A stretch of DNA of 64,000 nt from Acidobacteriota bacterium (GCA_003222395.1 QHWB01000051.1:7452-71451); one strand, 5' to 3'; shown: positions 26,345 to 35,380, counted from the first letter of the stretch. Program-made: numbers and translations. The notes: a model not told the origin generated them from the letters alone.

Positions 26345-28677
26345 CGCGGCACGCCGCTCAGCGCGCCGTTGAAGGGCGAGAAGTTTCCGAGGCCGGCCAG
26401 CGTGAACGAGAGGAAGAACCGGTGATCGGCGGCCGCGCCGATCGCCGATCCAGCGCCATAGTTATAGGTCTGGTATTGGAAGGCGAGGCCGCAGCACTGT
26501 GCGTTGTAGAAACCTGTGATCGTCTGGTTCAGCATGCTGCCACGCGTGATGTCATAGTTGAACTGATAGGTGCTGCCGAAGCGGTTGTCGCGCGTGTGTG
26601 CGTTGGTGCTCGCATTGATGAAGTGAGTGAGGTTGGAGCAGTCGGGCGTCAGTTGCGGAATGCATCCGTATTTGGTCCATCCGACGTTGGTCTGGAGCCG
26701 ACTGGTCCAGGCGTACGTCGTGCTCGCGGAAATAGTCCGCATCGAGTGATACCGGTTATCGAACTCGGCAGCCACTGTCGCGTTGACGTCGTTGGTCGGC
26801 GTAGCGCGCACGCTGAGCTTCACCGGCGAGAAATGGCTTGCCGTACCGCCGCCGAGCTGCGCCGTCTGGTACTGCAGGTCGAACAACGCCTGCAACTGGT
26901 TCGTGTAATAGGTCTGCGTCAACTCGACGTCGACGATCTCGCGTGCCTGCGCCGGCTGACCGGGCGTGATCCGGCGCTTCGCGTAGAAACGGTTCGCCAC
27001 ACCGTAGGCGAGATTCGTACCGCCGGTCACGTTGTCGATGCCGTCGGTCACGAGGATTTGCCTGAAGTTGTCGACCGACGTCGTCTCCTGGACGGTCAAG
27101 AACGGCTCGATGGTGTGCTTGAACTTCTCTGCGTACGAGCTCTGCGCCGTGTCCCAGATCCGGTTGAACACCGGTCCGACGATCTGCGACTGCACTGAAA
27201 AGTACTGACGGTTCAGCGAAGCATCGGCGATGTTGGTCGCGGAACAGGACGTGCTCGAATCGTTCGTGGAAGGGCAGCTCCGCGTGTAGAACGTGTCGCG
27301 CCAGCTGACGGTCGAGTTGACGGTGAACCACTGCCACTTCTTGAACGGATACCGAATGACCGGCCAGATGTCGACGCGGTTAAGGCCGGCGTCGAGGTCG
27401 TGGGGGATGTTGTCGGGGTCGATCGACTTCGATTCACGCAGCAGGTTCGCGTACTCGCTCGTCAACCCGAAATAGACGGCCGATCCGAACAGCGGCCGCT
27501 CGCTGCGGGAGATGTTGACGCGCGGACCGGTGCCCGAAACGACCGAACTCGTCAGATCGTAGAACGACTCCTGCCGATCGATCGTGCCGTTCATCGAGTA
27601 GCCGGCCCACGCCCCGACGAAGTTGGCGCCGAACAACCGCACGTTGCGCGACGACGAGTAGATATCGGTGTTGTAGGTCTGCGACGATTCGATACTCGAA
27701 AAATAGTTCACGTTCGCGCGCGCGCGGATGTTGCCCGGCAGCACCTGGTTCGCGCCGCCGCGAAGCTCGTAGCTGCGGCTGGCCGGCAGCGGCGCTGTCG
27801 TCCCATCGGACCGCACGTACGCGCTCTCGTGCTGGTCGAGGAAGTGCAAGTTGAGGGTGCCGTCGTTGCCGCCGCCGTAGTTGTACCGGTACTCGCTGCC
27901 GATACCCTGTCCGGTCTTCGAGTACCAGTCGTGCAGGATCGTCGCGTCCTGGCTGCGGTTGATCGCCCAGAAGAAGGCGTCGTGAATCGAGTGGCCGAAG
28001 ATGGACGACGTCCCGTACGTCGGAAGCAGAAAGCCTGTCGCGCGATCGCCTTCTTTCGTCGGGTAAATCAGAACCGGCACGTACAAGAGCGGAACGCCCT
28101 TGACGGTGAAGACCGCCTGCTTCAGGAACGTGTAGTGATCGACGTTGAGGATGACGGTGTCGGCGTGCAGATCCCAGCGCGGGGTCGGCTGCACGCACGT
28201 CGTGAAGCCGCCGTTCGTGATCTTGTACTTCTTCGGGCCGATCTTCTCGACCGAGTCGCCGAAGAAGTAGACGACGGTCTCCTGTGCGCCCGTCGGCGGC
28301 AGCGCCACGGCGCCGGGCCGCCCCTGCTGCCGCTGCGGCTGCACGTTCGCGATGCCGCTCGCGTTCGAAAAACTGCCGAGACGCGTCTTGGTGTTGATTT
28401 CGGCGCGCTCCGCCGAGATCCGGTTGTTGCCCTGCGCGAAGGTCACGTTGCCGACGAGCACCAGCTTGTCTTCATCCGAGTAGAACCACGCTTCGTCGGC
28501 GAAGATCGACGTCTCTTTGCTCTGGTATTCGAAGCTGCCGATGAAATGGTGGTTTTTCTGATTGTTCGTGACCTCGTGCCGGTCGCTCGACATCGTGTCC
28601 TGCGCCGTCGGTTGCTGCGCGACGACAGGCCGCGCGATGAGGAGCAGCAGCACGAAGCAGCCGGCGAACCGAGGCAT
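26341..28677 (-). CDS. lptD: LPS-assembly outer-membrane protein LptD
   Basis: ORF trimmed to ATG 28677 (MPRFAGCFVLLLLIARPVVAQQ signal). OstA-like N-domain (FADEAWFYSDEDKLVLVGNVTFAQGNNRISAERAEIN), large C-terminal barrel. Confidence 0.85.
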   Translation of the reverse strand: MPRFAGCFVLLLLIARPVVAQQPTAQDTMSSDRHEVTNNQKNHHFIGSFEYQSKETSIFADEAWFYSDEDKLVLVGNVTFAQGNNRISAERAEINTKTRLGSFSNASGIANVQPQRQQGRPGAVALPPTGAQETVVYFFGDSVEKIGPKKYKITNGGFTTCVQPTPRWDLHADTVILNVDHYTFLKQAVFTVKGVPLLYVPVLIYPTKEGDRATGFLLPTYGTSSIFGHSIHDAFFWAINRSQDATILHDWYSKTGQGIGSEYRYNYGGGNDGTLNLHFLDQHESAYVRSDGTTAPLPASRSYELRGGANQVLPGNIRARANVNYFSSIESSQTYNTDIYSSSRNVRLFGANFVGAWAGYSMNGTIDRQESFYDLTSSVVSGTGPRVNISRSERPLFGSAVYFGLTSEYANLLRESKSIDPDNIPHDLDAGLNRVDIWPVIRYPFKKWQWFTVNSTVSWRDTFYTRSCPSTNDSSTSCSATNIADASLNRQYFSVQSQIVGPVFNRIWDTAQSSYAEKFKHTIEPFLTVQETTSVDNFRQILVTDGIDNVTGGTNLAYGVANRFYAKRRITPGQPAQAREIVDVELTQTYYTNQLQALFDLQYQTAQLGGGTASHFSPVKLSVRATPTNDVNATVAAEFDNRYHSMRTISASTTYAWTSRLQTNVGWTKYGCIPQLTPDCSNLTHFINASTNAHTRDNRFGSTYQFNYDITRGSMLNQTITGFYNAQCCGLAFQYQTYNYGAGSAIGAAADHRFFLSFTLAGLGNFSPFNGALSGVPR

Positions 28678-28678
28678 A

Positions 28679-29905
28679 TCAGTAAGAGTGTAATCCCAGC
28701 TGTCGCATGACGTCGCCGAGCAGAAAGATCGATCCGGCGACGACGATTCGCGGCGACATCCTCCATACGGCCGCGAGCGCATCCGTTGAGGACGGTTCGA
28801 TCGCGATCGGCAGCGCGGGCGCGATCCTTCGAGCGGAGTCGGCGAGCATGCCTGGATCTGCCGAACGCGGGTTCGACGCGCGCGTCATCACCGCTGCGCC
28901 GATCGCGGGCAGCAGGATTCGAAACATGCCATCAATGTCTTTGTCGCGCATCGCGGCGAACACGAGCGGGCGTCGCTGCGATTCCGCCGTCAGGTAGGTT
29001 GCGAGCGCCGCGGCGCCGGCCGGATTGTGGGCCGCATCGAGCAGGAGCTCGCGTCCGTCGGGCAGCCGCCTTTGGTCGAGCCGTCCCGGCCACTCGGGGT
29101 CCGCGAGGCCGCGCGCGACGGCATCGGACGGCACGCCGACGCCTCGCGCGGTGAGCTGCTCCAGCACGCGGACGGCGACGCCGGCGTTGGCGCGCTGATG
29201 ATCGCCGTACAGTCCGAGAGTGAACGGCGCCGCATCGGCCGGCGTCGCGCGGATCAGCGCTGCGCCGCGTTCGTTCGCGACGCGCGCGATGACGCCGAGG
29301 CTCTCGGGGTCGACCGGCCCGACGACGACCGGCACGCCTGCCTTGATGATGCCCGCCTTTTCGAAAGCGATCTCGGCGAGCGTCGATCCGAGATACAGCT
29401 GATGGTCCAAGGCGATAGACGTGATAGCCGTGACGAACGGCGAGACGATGTTCGTGGCGTCGAGTCGGCCCCCCAGACCGACTTCGAGCACCGCGATCTC
29501 TACTTCTGCGCGCCGAAACAATTCGAACGCGGCGGCGGTCGTCACTTCGAAGAACGTCGGCTGCACGCCGAGGGTGCCGTCGAATCGCAACGACTCGACG
29601 ACGTCGCGGACCGTGGCCACGGCGCACACGAGCGTGTCGTGTGCGACCGGGCGTCCGCCGATGACGAAGCGTTCGGATAAGTCGGTCAGGTGCGGCGACG
29701 TGTAGCGCGCGGTTCGGTGGCCGGCGGCTCGGAGCGCGGCATCCACCATGGCCGTGACCGACCCTTTGCCGTTCGTCCCGGCCACGTGCACGGACTTGAA
29801 CGTTCGATCCGGTCGGCCGAGGCGCTCGACGATTGCGGTGATGTTCTCGAGGCCGAACTTGATCCCGAAATGCTCGAGACTGAACAGGTAGCTGAGAGGA
29901 TCCAA
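28679..29905 (-). CDS. folC: bifunctional folylpolyglutamate synthase/dihydrofolate synthase
   Basis: HVAGTNGKGSV P-loop, Mur-ligase fold. Classical accD-folC synteny. Confidence 0.92.
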   Translation of the reverse strand: MDPLSYLFSLEHFGIKFGLENITAIVERLGRPDRTFKSVHVAGTNGKGSVTAMVDAALRAAGHRTARYTSPHLTDLSERFVIGGRPVAHDTLVCAVATVRDVVESLRFDGTLGVQPTFFEVTTAAAFELFRRAEVEIAVLEVGLGGRLDATNIVSPFVTAITSIALDHQLYLGSTLAEIAFEKAGIIKAGVPVVVGPVDPESLGVIARVANERGAALIRATPADAAPFTLGLYGDHQRANAGVAVRVLEQLTARGVGVPSDAVARGLADPEWPGRLDQRRLPDGRELLLDAAHNPAGAAALATYLTAESQRRPLVFAAMRDKDIDGMFRILLPAIGAAVMTRASNPRSADPGMLADSARRIAPALPIAIEPSSTDALAAVWRMSPRIVVAGSIFLLGDVMRQLGLHSY

Positions 29906-29937
29906 CCTTCGCCAGTGCGTTGCGTGTCAGGAGACCA

Positions 29938-30864
29938 TCATGCCTGAGATGCGGGCTCGGTGACGACGATCGGTACGGCAGGTTCGACGCCCGCCATCGC
30001 CGCCGCCGCGGCCGGACGCGCCGTTCCCATGAACCGCAGCGCGTTCGCGACGATGGCCTTCATCTCGCGGCGATCGACGACGAGATCGACCATTCCCTTT
30101 TCCATCAGGAACTCGCTGCGCTGAAATCCCTCGGGCAGCGTCTGCCGGATTGTCTGCTCGATGACGCGGGGACCCGCAAACCCGATGAGCGCCTTCGGCT
30201 CCGCGATGTTCAGGTCGCCCAGCATCGCGAAGCTCGCCGTCACGCCGCCGGTCGTCGGATCGGTCAGGATCGAGATGTACGGCAGCCGCGCGCGGTCGAG
30301 CCGCGCGAGCGCTCCGCAGATCTTCGCCATCTGCATGAGCGACAGCGCGCCTTCCATCATCCGCGCGCCGCCCGAGCACGAGACGATGATGACCGGCTGC
30401 CGCAGATCGATCGCGCGCTCGATGGCGCGCGTGATCTTCTCTCCGACGACGACGCCCATGCTGCCGCCGATGAACCCGTACTCCATCGAAGCGACGATCG
30501 CCGGCTGGCCGTCGATCGCGCCGGACGCGACGATAATCGCGTCCTTGAGGCCGGTCGATTCGATGCTCGCCTTCAGGCGCGCTTTGTACGGTTTGGTGTC
30601 GGTGAACTTCAGCGGGTCGGTCGACACGAGATCCTTGTCGTGCTCCACCCATTCGCCGTCCAACAGCATGCGCAGCCGTTCGGTCGCATTGATGCGGAAG
30701 TGGTGCGCGCACTTCGGGCACACGTTCAGGTTCGTCGTCAGATCCTTGTTGTAGATGATCTGGGCGCAGTCGGGACACTTGACCCAGAGGCCCTCGGGGA
30801 CCCGGCTCGCCTTTTCCCCGGCCGGCGCGGCCATCGGCTTGCGGGTCTTCTTGAACCACGGCAT
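29938..30864 (-). CDS. accD: acetyl-CoA carboxylase carboxyltransferase beta subunit
   Basis: N-terminal zinc ribbon CPDC..CPKC, GGSMG, carboxyltransferase domain. Confidence 0.95.
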   Translation of the reverse strand: MPWFKKTRKPMAAPAGEKASRVPEGLWVKCPDCAQIIYNKDLTTNLNVCPKCAHHFRINATERLRMLLDGEWVEHDKDLVSTDPLKFTDTKPYKARLKASIESTGLKDAIIVASGAIDGQPAIVASMEYGFIGGSMGVVVGEKITRAIERAIDLRQPVIIVSCSGGARMMEGALSLMQMAKICGALARLDRARLPYISILTDPTTGGVTASFAMLGDLNIAEPKALIGFAGPRVIEQTIRQTLPEGFQRSEFLMEKGMVDLVVDRREMKAIVANALRFMGTARPAAAAAMAGVEPAVPIVVTEPASQA

Positions 30865-30880
30865 CGATCGAGAAGCTTAT

Positions 30881-31010
30881 CAGGGCAGAGGGCAGAGGGC
30901 ATAGGGCAGAGGGCATAGGGCAGGCAGAGGGCAGACGGCCGAGGGCAGGCAGAGGGCAAAGCGCATAGGGACGCGCAGTGTGCCCTCTGCCCTTTGCCCT
31001 GTGCCCTATC
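30881..31010. repeat. unit-repeat hairpin, GGGCAGAG/GGGCATAG units with shorter complementary arm
   Basis: Left arm, about 12 units (30881-30975). Right arm TGCCCTCTGCCCTTTGCCCTGTGCCCTATC (30981-31010). The stop codon of the kinase gene (31006-31008) lies in the right arm. Confidence 0.85.
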
Positions 31011-31647
31011 GAGTTCTTGGTACGTAGTACTGCGTTCCATGACCCATCGCACGGATCTGCTTGATCAGATCGTCGAGCGCCTCGTCGCTGGCGTCCGAGT
31101 CGAACTGCGACGTCTCGACGACGAGCAGCGGCGTCGAGTTGTAGTGGAAAAAAAAATGATGGTACGCCTCGTTCAGTTCCCGCAGGTACCCGTCGTCGGG
31201 CTGCAGCGCGATCGCTTCGGGATCGAGGCGGCGGCTGTGCACGCGCCGCAGCAGCACGTCGGTCGGCGCCTGCAGGTAGACGACGAGATCGGGCGACGGC
31301 ACGTCACGCGCGAGCAGATCGTACAGACGCTGATAGATGAACAGCTCGTTATCGTCCAGGTTCAGGTACGCGAAGATCTTGTCCTTGTCGAACACGTAAT
31401 CGCAGATCGTCGTTTGAGTGAACAGATCGGTCTGCCGCAGCGACGTCTGCTGCCGATGCCGGTTGAGAAGATAGAAGAGCTGCGCCTGCAGCGACGCGCC
31501 CGGACGATCGGCGTAGAAGTCGGCGAGAAAGGGATTGTCGGTCTGCTCGAGCACGACCGACGCGTCGAGGCGCGTGCCGAGTCGTTCGGCGAGCGCAGTC
31601 TTGCCGGCACCGATTGGTCCTTCAATCGCGATGTGTCGGAACTGCAA
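31006..31647 (-). CDS. deoxynucleoside kinase
   Basis: IAIEGPIGAGKT P-loop, dNK-family length and motifs; TTG start. Confidence 0.85.
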   Translation of the reverse strand: MQFRHIAIEGPIGAGKTALAERLGTRLDASVVLEQTDNPFLADFYADRPGASLQAQLFYLLNRHRQQTSLRQTDLFTQTTICDYVFDKDKIFAYLNLDDNELFIYQRLYDLLARDVPSPDLVVYLQAPTDVLLRRVHSRRLDPEAIALQPDDGYLRELNEAYHHFFFHYNSTPLLVVETSQFDSDASDEALDDLIKQIRAMGHGTQYYVPRTR

Positions 31648-31654
31648 GGCGCGC

Positions 31655-31668
31655 CGATGATATCATCG
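31655..31668. promoter_or_regulatory. perfect 14-bp palindrome CGATGATATCATCG in a 25-nt divergent spacer
   Basis: Read directly. Centred between TTG 31647 (-) and GTG 31673 (+). Confidence 0.3.
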
Positions 31669-31672
31669 CGCC

Positions 31673-32791
31673 GTGAAGATCGAACGTCTGGAGCTCGCGC
31701 TCGTGAAGCTCCCGCTCGTCCACTTCTTCGAGACCAGCTTCGGTCGCATCTACGACAAGACGTTCATCATCGTACGCGTCGACGGCGGCGGCGCGATCGG
31801 TTTCGGCGAATGCGTCGCCGAGCAGGATCCGTACTACAGCGCCGAGACGACGGAGACGGCCTGGCACGTCATCTCGGAGTTCATCGCGCCGCGAATCGTC
31901 GGCGTCGACGTCATCCATCCGCGTGAGGTGTTCGCGGCGCTGAAAGGGATCCGCGGCAACAACATGGCGAAGGCCGCGGTCGAAATGGCCGCGTGGGATC
32001 TGTACGCGCGCCAGCGCGGCGAGCCGCTCGCGCGGGTCCTCGGCGGCACGCGAACGAAGATCGCGTCGGGCGTGTCGATCGGCATTCAGGATTCGCTCGA
32101 CGATCTCGCCGCCAAAGTGGAGCAGGAGCTCGCCGCCGGCTACCGCCGGATCAAAATCAAGATCAAGCCCGGATGGGACGTCGACGCCGTCGGGATGATT
32201 CGCAATCGATTCGGGTCGATCCCGCTGATGGTCGACGCGAACGCCGCGTACTCGCTTGCCGACGCAGATCATCTCGCGAAGCTCGATCGATTCGACCTGA
32301 TGATGATCGAGCAGCCGCTCGACTACGACGATCTGTCGGATCATGCGGCGCTGCAGAAGCGGCTGAAGACGCCGATCTGCCTCGACGAATCGATCAAGAC
32401 GGTCCGTTACGGCGAGCTCGCGATCGCCGCGGGCGCGTGCCGGATCATCAACATCAAGCCGGGCCGCATCGGGGGCTTCACCGAATCGATTCGACTGCAC
32501 GACCTGTGCGCCGCGCGCGGCGTTCCGGTGTGGCATGGCGGCATGCTCGAATCGGGAATCGGCCGGGCCGCCAACATTCATCTCGCGACGCTGCCCAACT
32601 TCTCGCTGCCGGGCGATATCGCCGCCAGCAGACGCTATTTCAATCCGGATCTGATCGACCCGCCGATCGAAGTCGCCCCCGACGGCACCGTCGCGGTGCC
32701 GGACGGCCCGGGCCTCGGCGTCGCGATTCGCCACGATCGTGTCGAGCGCGCCACGGTACGGCGCGCGAGCTTCGCTCCTGCCGTCGTATGA
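31673..32791 (+). CDS. enolase-superfamily enzyme, o-succinylbenzoate synthase / N-succinylamino-acid racemase subgroup
   Basis: YRRIKIKIKPG (KxK), MVDANAAY, MIEQP, CLDES metal and catalytic motifs; GTG start. Confidence 0.85.
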   Translation: MKIERLELALVKLPLVHFFETSFGRIYDKTFIIVRVDGGGAIGFGECVAEQDPYYSAETTETAWHVISEFIAPRIVGVDVIHPREVFAALKGIRGNNMAKAAVEMAAWDLYARQRGEPLARVLGGTRTKIASGVSIGIQDSLDDLAAKVEQELAAGYRRIKIKIKPGWDVDAVGMIRNRFGSIPLMVDANAAYSLADADHLAKLDRFDLMMIEQPLDYDDLSDHAALQKRLKTPICLDESIKTVRYGELAIAAGACRIINIKPGRIGGFTESIRLHDLCAARGVPVWHGGMLESGIGRAANIHLATLPNFSLPGDIAASRRYFNPDLIDPPIEVAPDGTVAVPDGPGLGVAIRHDRVERATVRRASFAPAVV

Positions 32792-34974
32792 CGCGTGCTT
32801 CGTTGATGTTGTCGATCGCGCTCGGCGCCTCGGCGTGTGCGAGCGCACCGCCGGCCGCCGCGCCGCCTCGAGCGCCGGCTCTCACCTTCGAGCAGAAGAT
32901 GGCGTCGATTCTCCGGCTCGAGGATCAGCGCGTGCTGCGCGACCCGGCGCCGCAGGTGCCGCCGGCGACGACGGCGCCGTCGCGCGGCCGGAATGCGCCG
33001 GTCGTCGTCGTGCCCCCGCCTCCGCCGCCGGATCTCACCGCGATGCTGCGCGACGAAGAGGCGCGCATTCGCCGCCGCGCGGCGCTGGCCATCGGCCACG
33101 TCGGGCTCGGCGGCGGCGTGCCGCCGCTCGTGGCGCTGCTCTCGTCCGAAATGGATCCGGAAGTCCGGCAGATGGCCGCGTTCGCCCTCGGATTGCTCGG
33201 CGACAAGCGCGCCCGCGACCCGCTCGTCGCGGCGCTTGCGGACCCGGCGCCCATGGTGCAGGGCAGCGCGGCCGAAGCGCTGGGGCTGATTGGCGACGCA
33301 TCGACCGCCGACCCGATCGGGCGAATGGTCGGTCAGATAGTCCAGTCGGGCGCGCTCGCCGAGATGCCGGCGGAAGATGACGACGCACGGCGCGACACGC
33401 CGGTGGCCGCGGCACGCCTCGGCATGTACGCGTTGGTCCGGCTGAAGGCGTATCCGCAACTCGCGTCGGCGGTGCTCGACGCGAACGGTCAGCCGCGCGT
33501 GCGATGGTGGCAGCTCGCGTTCGCGCTTCAACGGCTCGAGGAGAGGCGCGCGTTGCCGGCGCTGCTGGCGTTCGCGAAAGACTCGAATCCATTCGCGCGG
33601 GCCTTCGCCGTCAAAGGCCTCGCCACGCTGAAGGACAAGTCGGCGCTGCCGGTGCTGATGCCGCTGCTGTCGAGCGGCGATCGATCCGTCCTCATCGAGA
33701 CCATTCGCGCGCTGGGACGCATCGGCGATCCATCGGCGGCCGCGCCGCTGCTCAAGTTCGTCAGCGCCGCCGATACCGATCCGCAGGTGCGCGTCGAAGC
33801 GATCGGCGCGCTCTCGGGCGTCGGCGCGGCCGACAACGGCGCCATCAATGATGCGCTGCTGGACCTGCTCTCCGATCCCAGTCCGATAATTCGCGCCGCG
33901 GCGCTGCGGTCGACGGCGGCGATCGATCCGGAGAACTTCGTCACGATCCTGTCCGGCCTCGATCCCGATCCGCACTGGAGCGTGCGCGCGGCGCTGGCGA
34001 CAACGCTGGGCACGCTGCCGTCCGAGATCGGATTGCCGCGCCTGCGTCAGATGTTGGGCGACACGGACCAGCGCGTCGTCCCATCGGTGCTGGCCGCGCT
34101 GGTGAAGCAGAAGGCGCCCGACGCGGCGGCGATCCTCCTCGAGCGGCTGAAGGCCGACGATCTCGCCGTGCGTGCCGCGGCGGCCAGCGCCATCGGCGAG
34201 CTGAAACCGCCGGGCGGCGATCAGGCCCTCGCGGATGCGTACCGTCTCGGCCAGCGCGACGCGATGTACACGGCCCGGGCGGCTGCGCTCGCCGCGCTGC
34301 AGCAATACGGCGCTGCCGCAGCGTTGCCGGTGCTTCAGACCGCCCTGACGGACAAGGATTGGACGATTCGGATCCGTGCAGCCGGCTTGATCAAGCAGCT
34401 CGATCCGAATCGGATCGGCGGCGACATCGACGCGGCGATCCGTCCGGCGCCGACGACAGTCCCGGCAGAAACGTATCAGGCGCCGCGGCTCGTCACTCCC
34501 CCCGTGTCGACGCAGGTGTATGTCGAGACCGATCGCGGCACGATTCAGATCGAGCTCGCCGTCATCGACGCGCCGCTCACCGTCGAGAACTTCATCTCGC
34601 TCGCGCGCAAAGGTTTCTTCGACGGTCTGAGCATCCATCGAGTCGTGCCGGACTTCGTCGTGCAGGACGGCGATCCGCGCGGCGACGGCGAGGGCGGTCC
34701 CGGCTACACGATTCGCGACGAGTTCAACGAGCGTCCGTATCTGCGCGGCACGGTCGGGATGGCGCTCGATCCCTGGCCCGACACCGGCGGCAGCCAATGG
34801 TTCATCACACTTTCACCGCAGCCGCACCTCGATGCGAAGTACACCGTCTTCGGACGCGTCGTCGCCGGAATGGACGTCGTCGATCGGATTCAGCAGTGGG
34901 ACGTGATTCGTCGCGTTCGTGTGTGGGATGGACAGACGTTGACGGCGTCGGAGGCGCGTAGGATCAGGGATTAG
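32788..34974 (+). CDS. HEAT-repeat lipoprotein fused to a cyclophilin-type peptidyl-prolyl isomerase
   Basis: ATG 32788 overlaps upstream stop (ATGA). LGASAC lipobox-like signal, repeated DPxVRxxAAxALG HEAT units. C-terminal IHRVVPDFVVQDGDPRGDGEGGPGYT cyclophilin domain. Confidence 0.85.
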   Translation: MTRASLMLSIALGASACASAPPAAAPPRAPALTFEQKMASILRLEDQRVLRDPAPQVPPATTAPSRGRNAPVVVVPPPPPPDLTAMLRDEEARIRRRAALAIGHVGLGGGVPPLVALLSSEMDPEVRQMAAFALGLLGDKRARDPLVAALADPAPMVQGSAAEALGLIGDASTADPIGRMVGQIVQSGALAEMPAEDDDARRDTPVAAARLGMYALVRLKAYPQLASAVLDANGQPRVRWWQLAFALQRLEERRALPALLAFAKDSNPFARAFAVKGLATLKDKSALPVLMPLLSSGDRSVLIETIRALGRIGDPSAAAPLLKFVSAADTDPQVRVEAIGALSGVGAADNGAINDALLDLLSDPSPIIRAAALRSTAAIDPENFVTILSGLDPDPHWSVRAALATTLGTLPSEIGLPRLRQMLGDTDQRVVPSVLAALVKQKAPDAAAILLERLKADDLAVRAAAASAIGELKPPGGDQALADAYRLGQRDAMYTARAAALAALQQYGAAAALPVLQTALTDKDWTIRIRAAGLIKQLDPNRIGGDIDAAIRPAPTTVPAETYQAPRLVTPPVSTQVYVETDRGTIQIELAVIDAPLTVENFISLARKGFFDGLSIHRVVPDFVVQDGDPRGDGEGGPGYTIRDEFNERPYLRGTVGMALDPWPDTGGSQWFITLSPQPHLDAKYTVFGRVVAGMDVVDRIQQWDVIRRVRVWDGQTLTASEARRIRD

Positions 34975-35006
34975 GGATTGGGATTGGGATTGGGGATTAG
35001 GGATTC
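34961..35006. repeat. GGGATT(A) tandem array (7 units) spanning the stop codon of the HEAT-PPIase gene
   Basis: GGATCA GGGATTA GGGATT GGGATT GGGATT GGGGATTA GGGATTC; stop TAG at 34972-34974 lies inside it. Confidence 0.9.
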
Positions 35007-35023
35007 GAAGTGCGCTGAAAATT

Positions 35024-35052
35024 AAAAAGGGGGCGAACGAGCGCCCCCTTTT
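35024..35052. terminator. bidirectional intrinsic terminator
   Basis: AAAAA-GGGGGCG-AACGAG-CGCCCCC-TTTT. Serves the + strand PPIase gene and the - strand mini-ORF. Confidence 0.75.
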
Positions 35053-35071
35053 ATCGACGGGCGAGGTCAGC

Positions 35072-35122
35072 TTACCGTTTCTTGCCGGCCTTCTTCTTCC
35101 CGCCCTTGGCTTTCTTCGCCAT
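35072..35122 (-). CDS. candidate 16-aa poly-lysine micro-protein MAKKAKGGKKKAGKKR
   Basis: ATG 35122 preceded by AAGGGGGGGATAAGAGACA (purine-rich SD). TAA 35072-35074, followed within about 20 nt by the intrinsic terminator. Not in ORF track (too short). Confidence 0.35.
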   Translation of the reverse strand: MAKKAKGGKKKAGKKR

Positions 35123-35299
35123 TGTCTCTTATCCCCCCCTTCATGTGGGATTCAGTGCGCGAGCGCCCGAATCATTCGTTGTGGCTGCCGCCTGGCACGC
35201 TCACCGATGTCGCCGCTCGACGCCGTGGGAGAAGCCGGACCCAACTTGTCGGGCTTCACAAGAGCTAGCCTGAGTTGGCAGCCCTCATACCAGATGTAG

Positions 35300-35327
35300 A
35301 TTATGGACGCGTTTCTGACAGTGTCAA
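35300..35327 (-). promoter_or_regulatory. sigma70-type promoter TTGACA-16 nt-CATAAT reading toward the mini-ORF
   Basis: -35 at 35327-35322, -10 at 35305-35300 (minus strand), in a locally AT-richer 250-nt non-coding stretch. Confidence 0.4.
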
Positions 35328-35380
35328 GCACAATCAACACGATTTGTCAAAAAAGTTTCATCTGATCGTGCAGCGCGCGA

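Noticed and set aside
35123-35300. Possibility that the structured leader is SRP RNA, tmRNA, RNase P RNA or 6S RNA.
   Set aside because: No GGAAG/AGCAG SRP domain-IV motif, no tmRNA tag frame or tRNA-like end, and no RNase P GGAAAGUCCGGGC-type core. 6S cannot be excluded by eye, but the embedded SD-ORF-terminator argues otherwise. Left as an open candidate in findings.
35082-35340. ORFs 35152..35340 (-) 62 aa and 35082..35273 (+) 63 aa in the non-coding region next to the mini-ORF.
   Set aside because: The first starts upstream of the only plausible promoter. The second is antisense to the mini-ORF. Neither has an SD, G/C third-position bias or a recognisable sequence.
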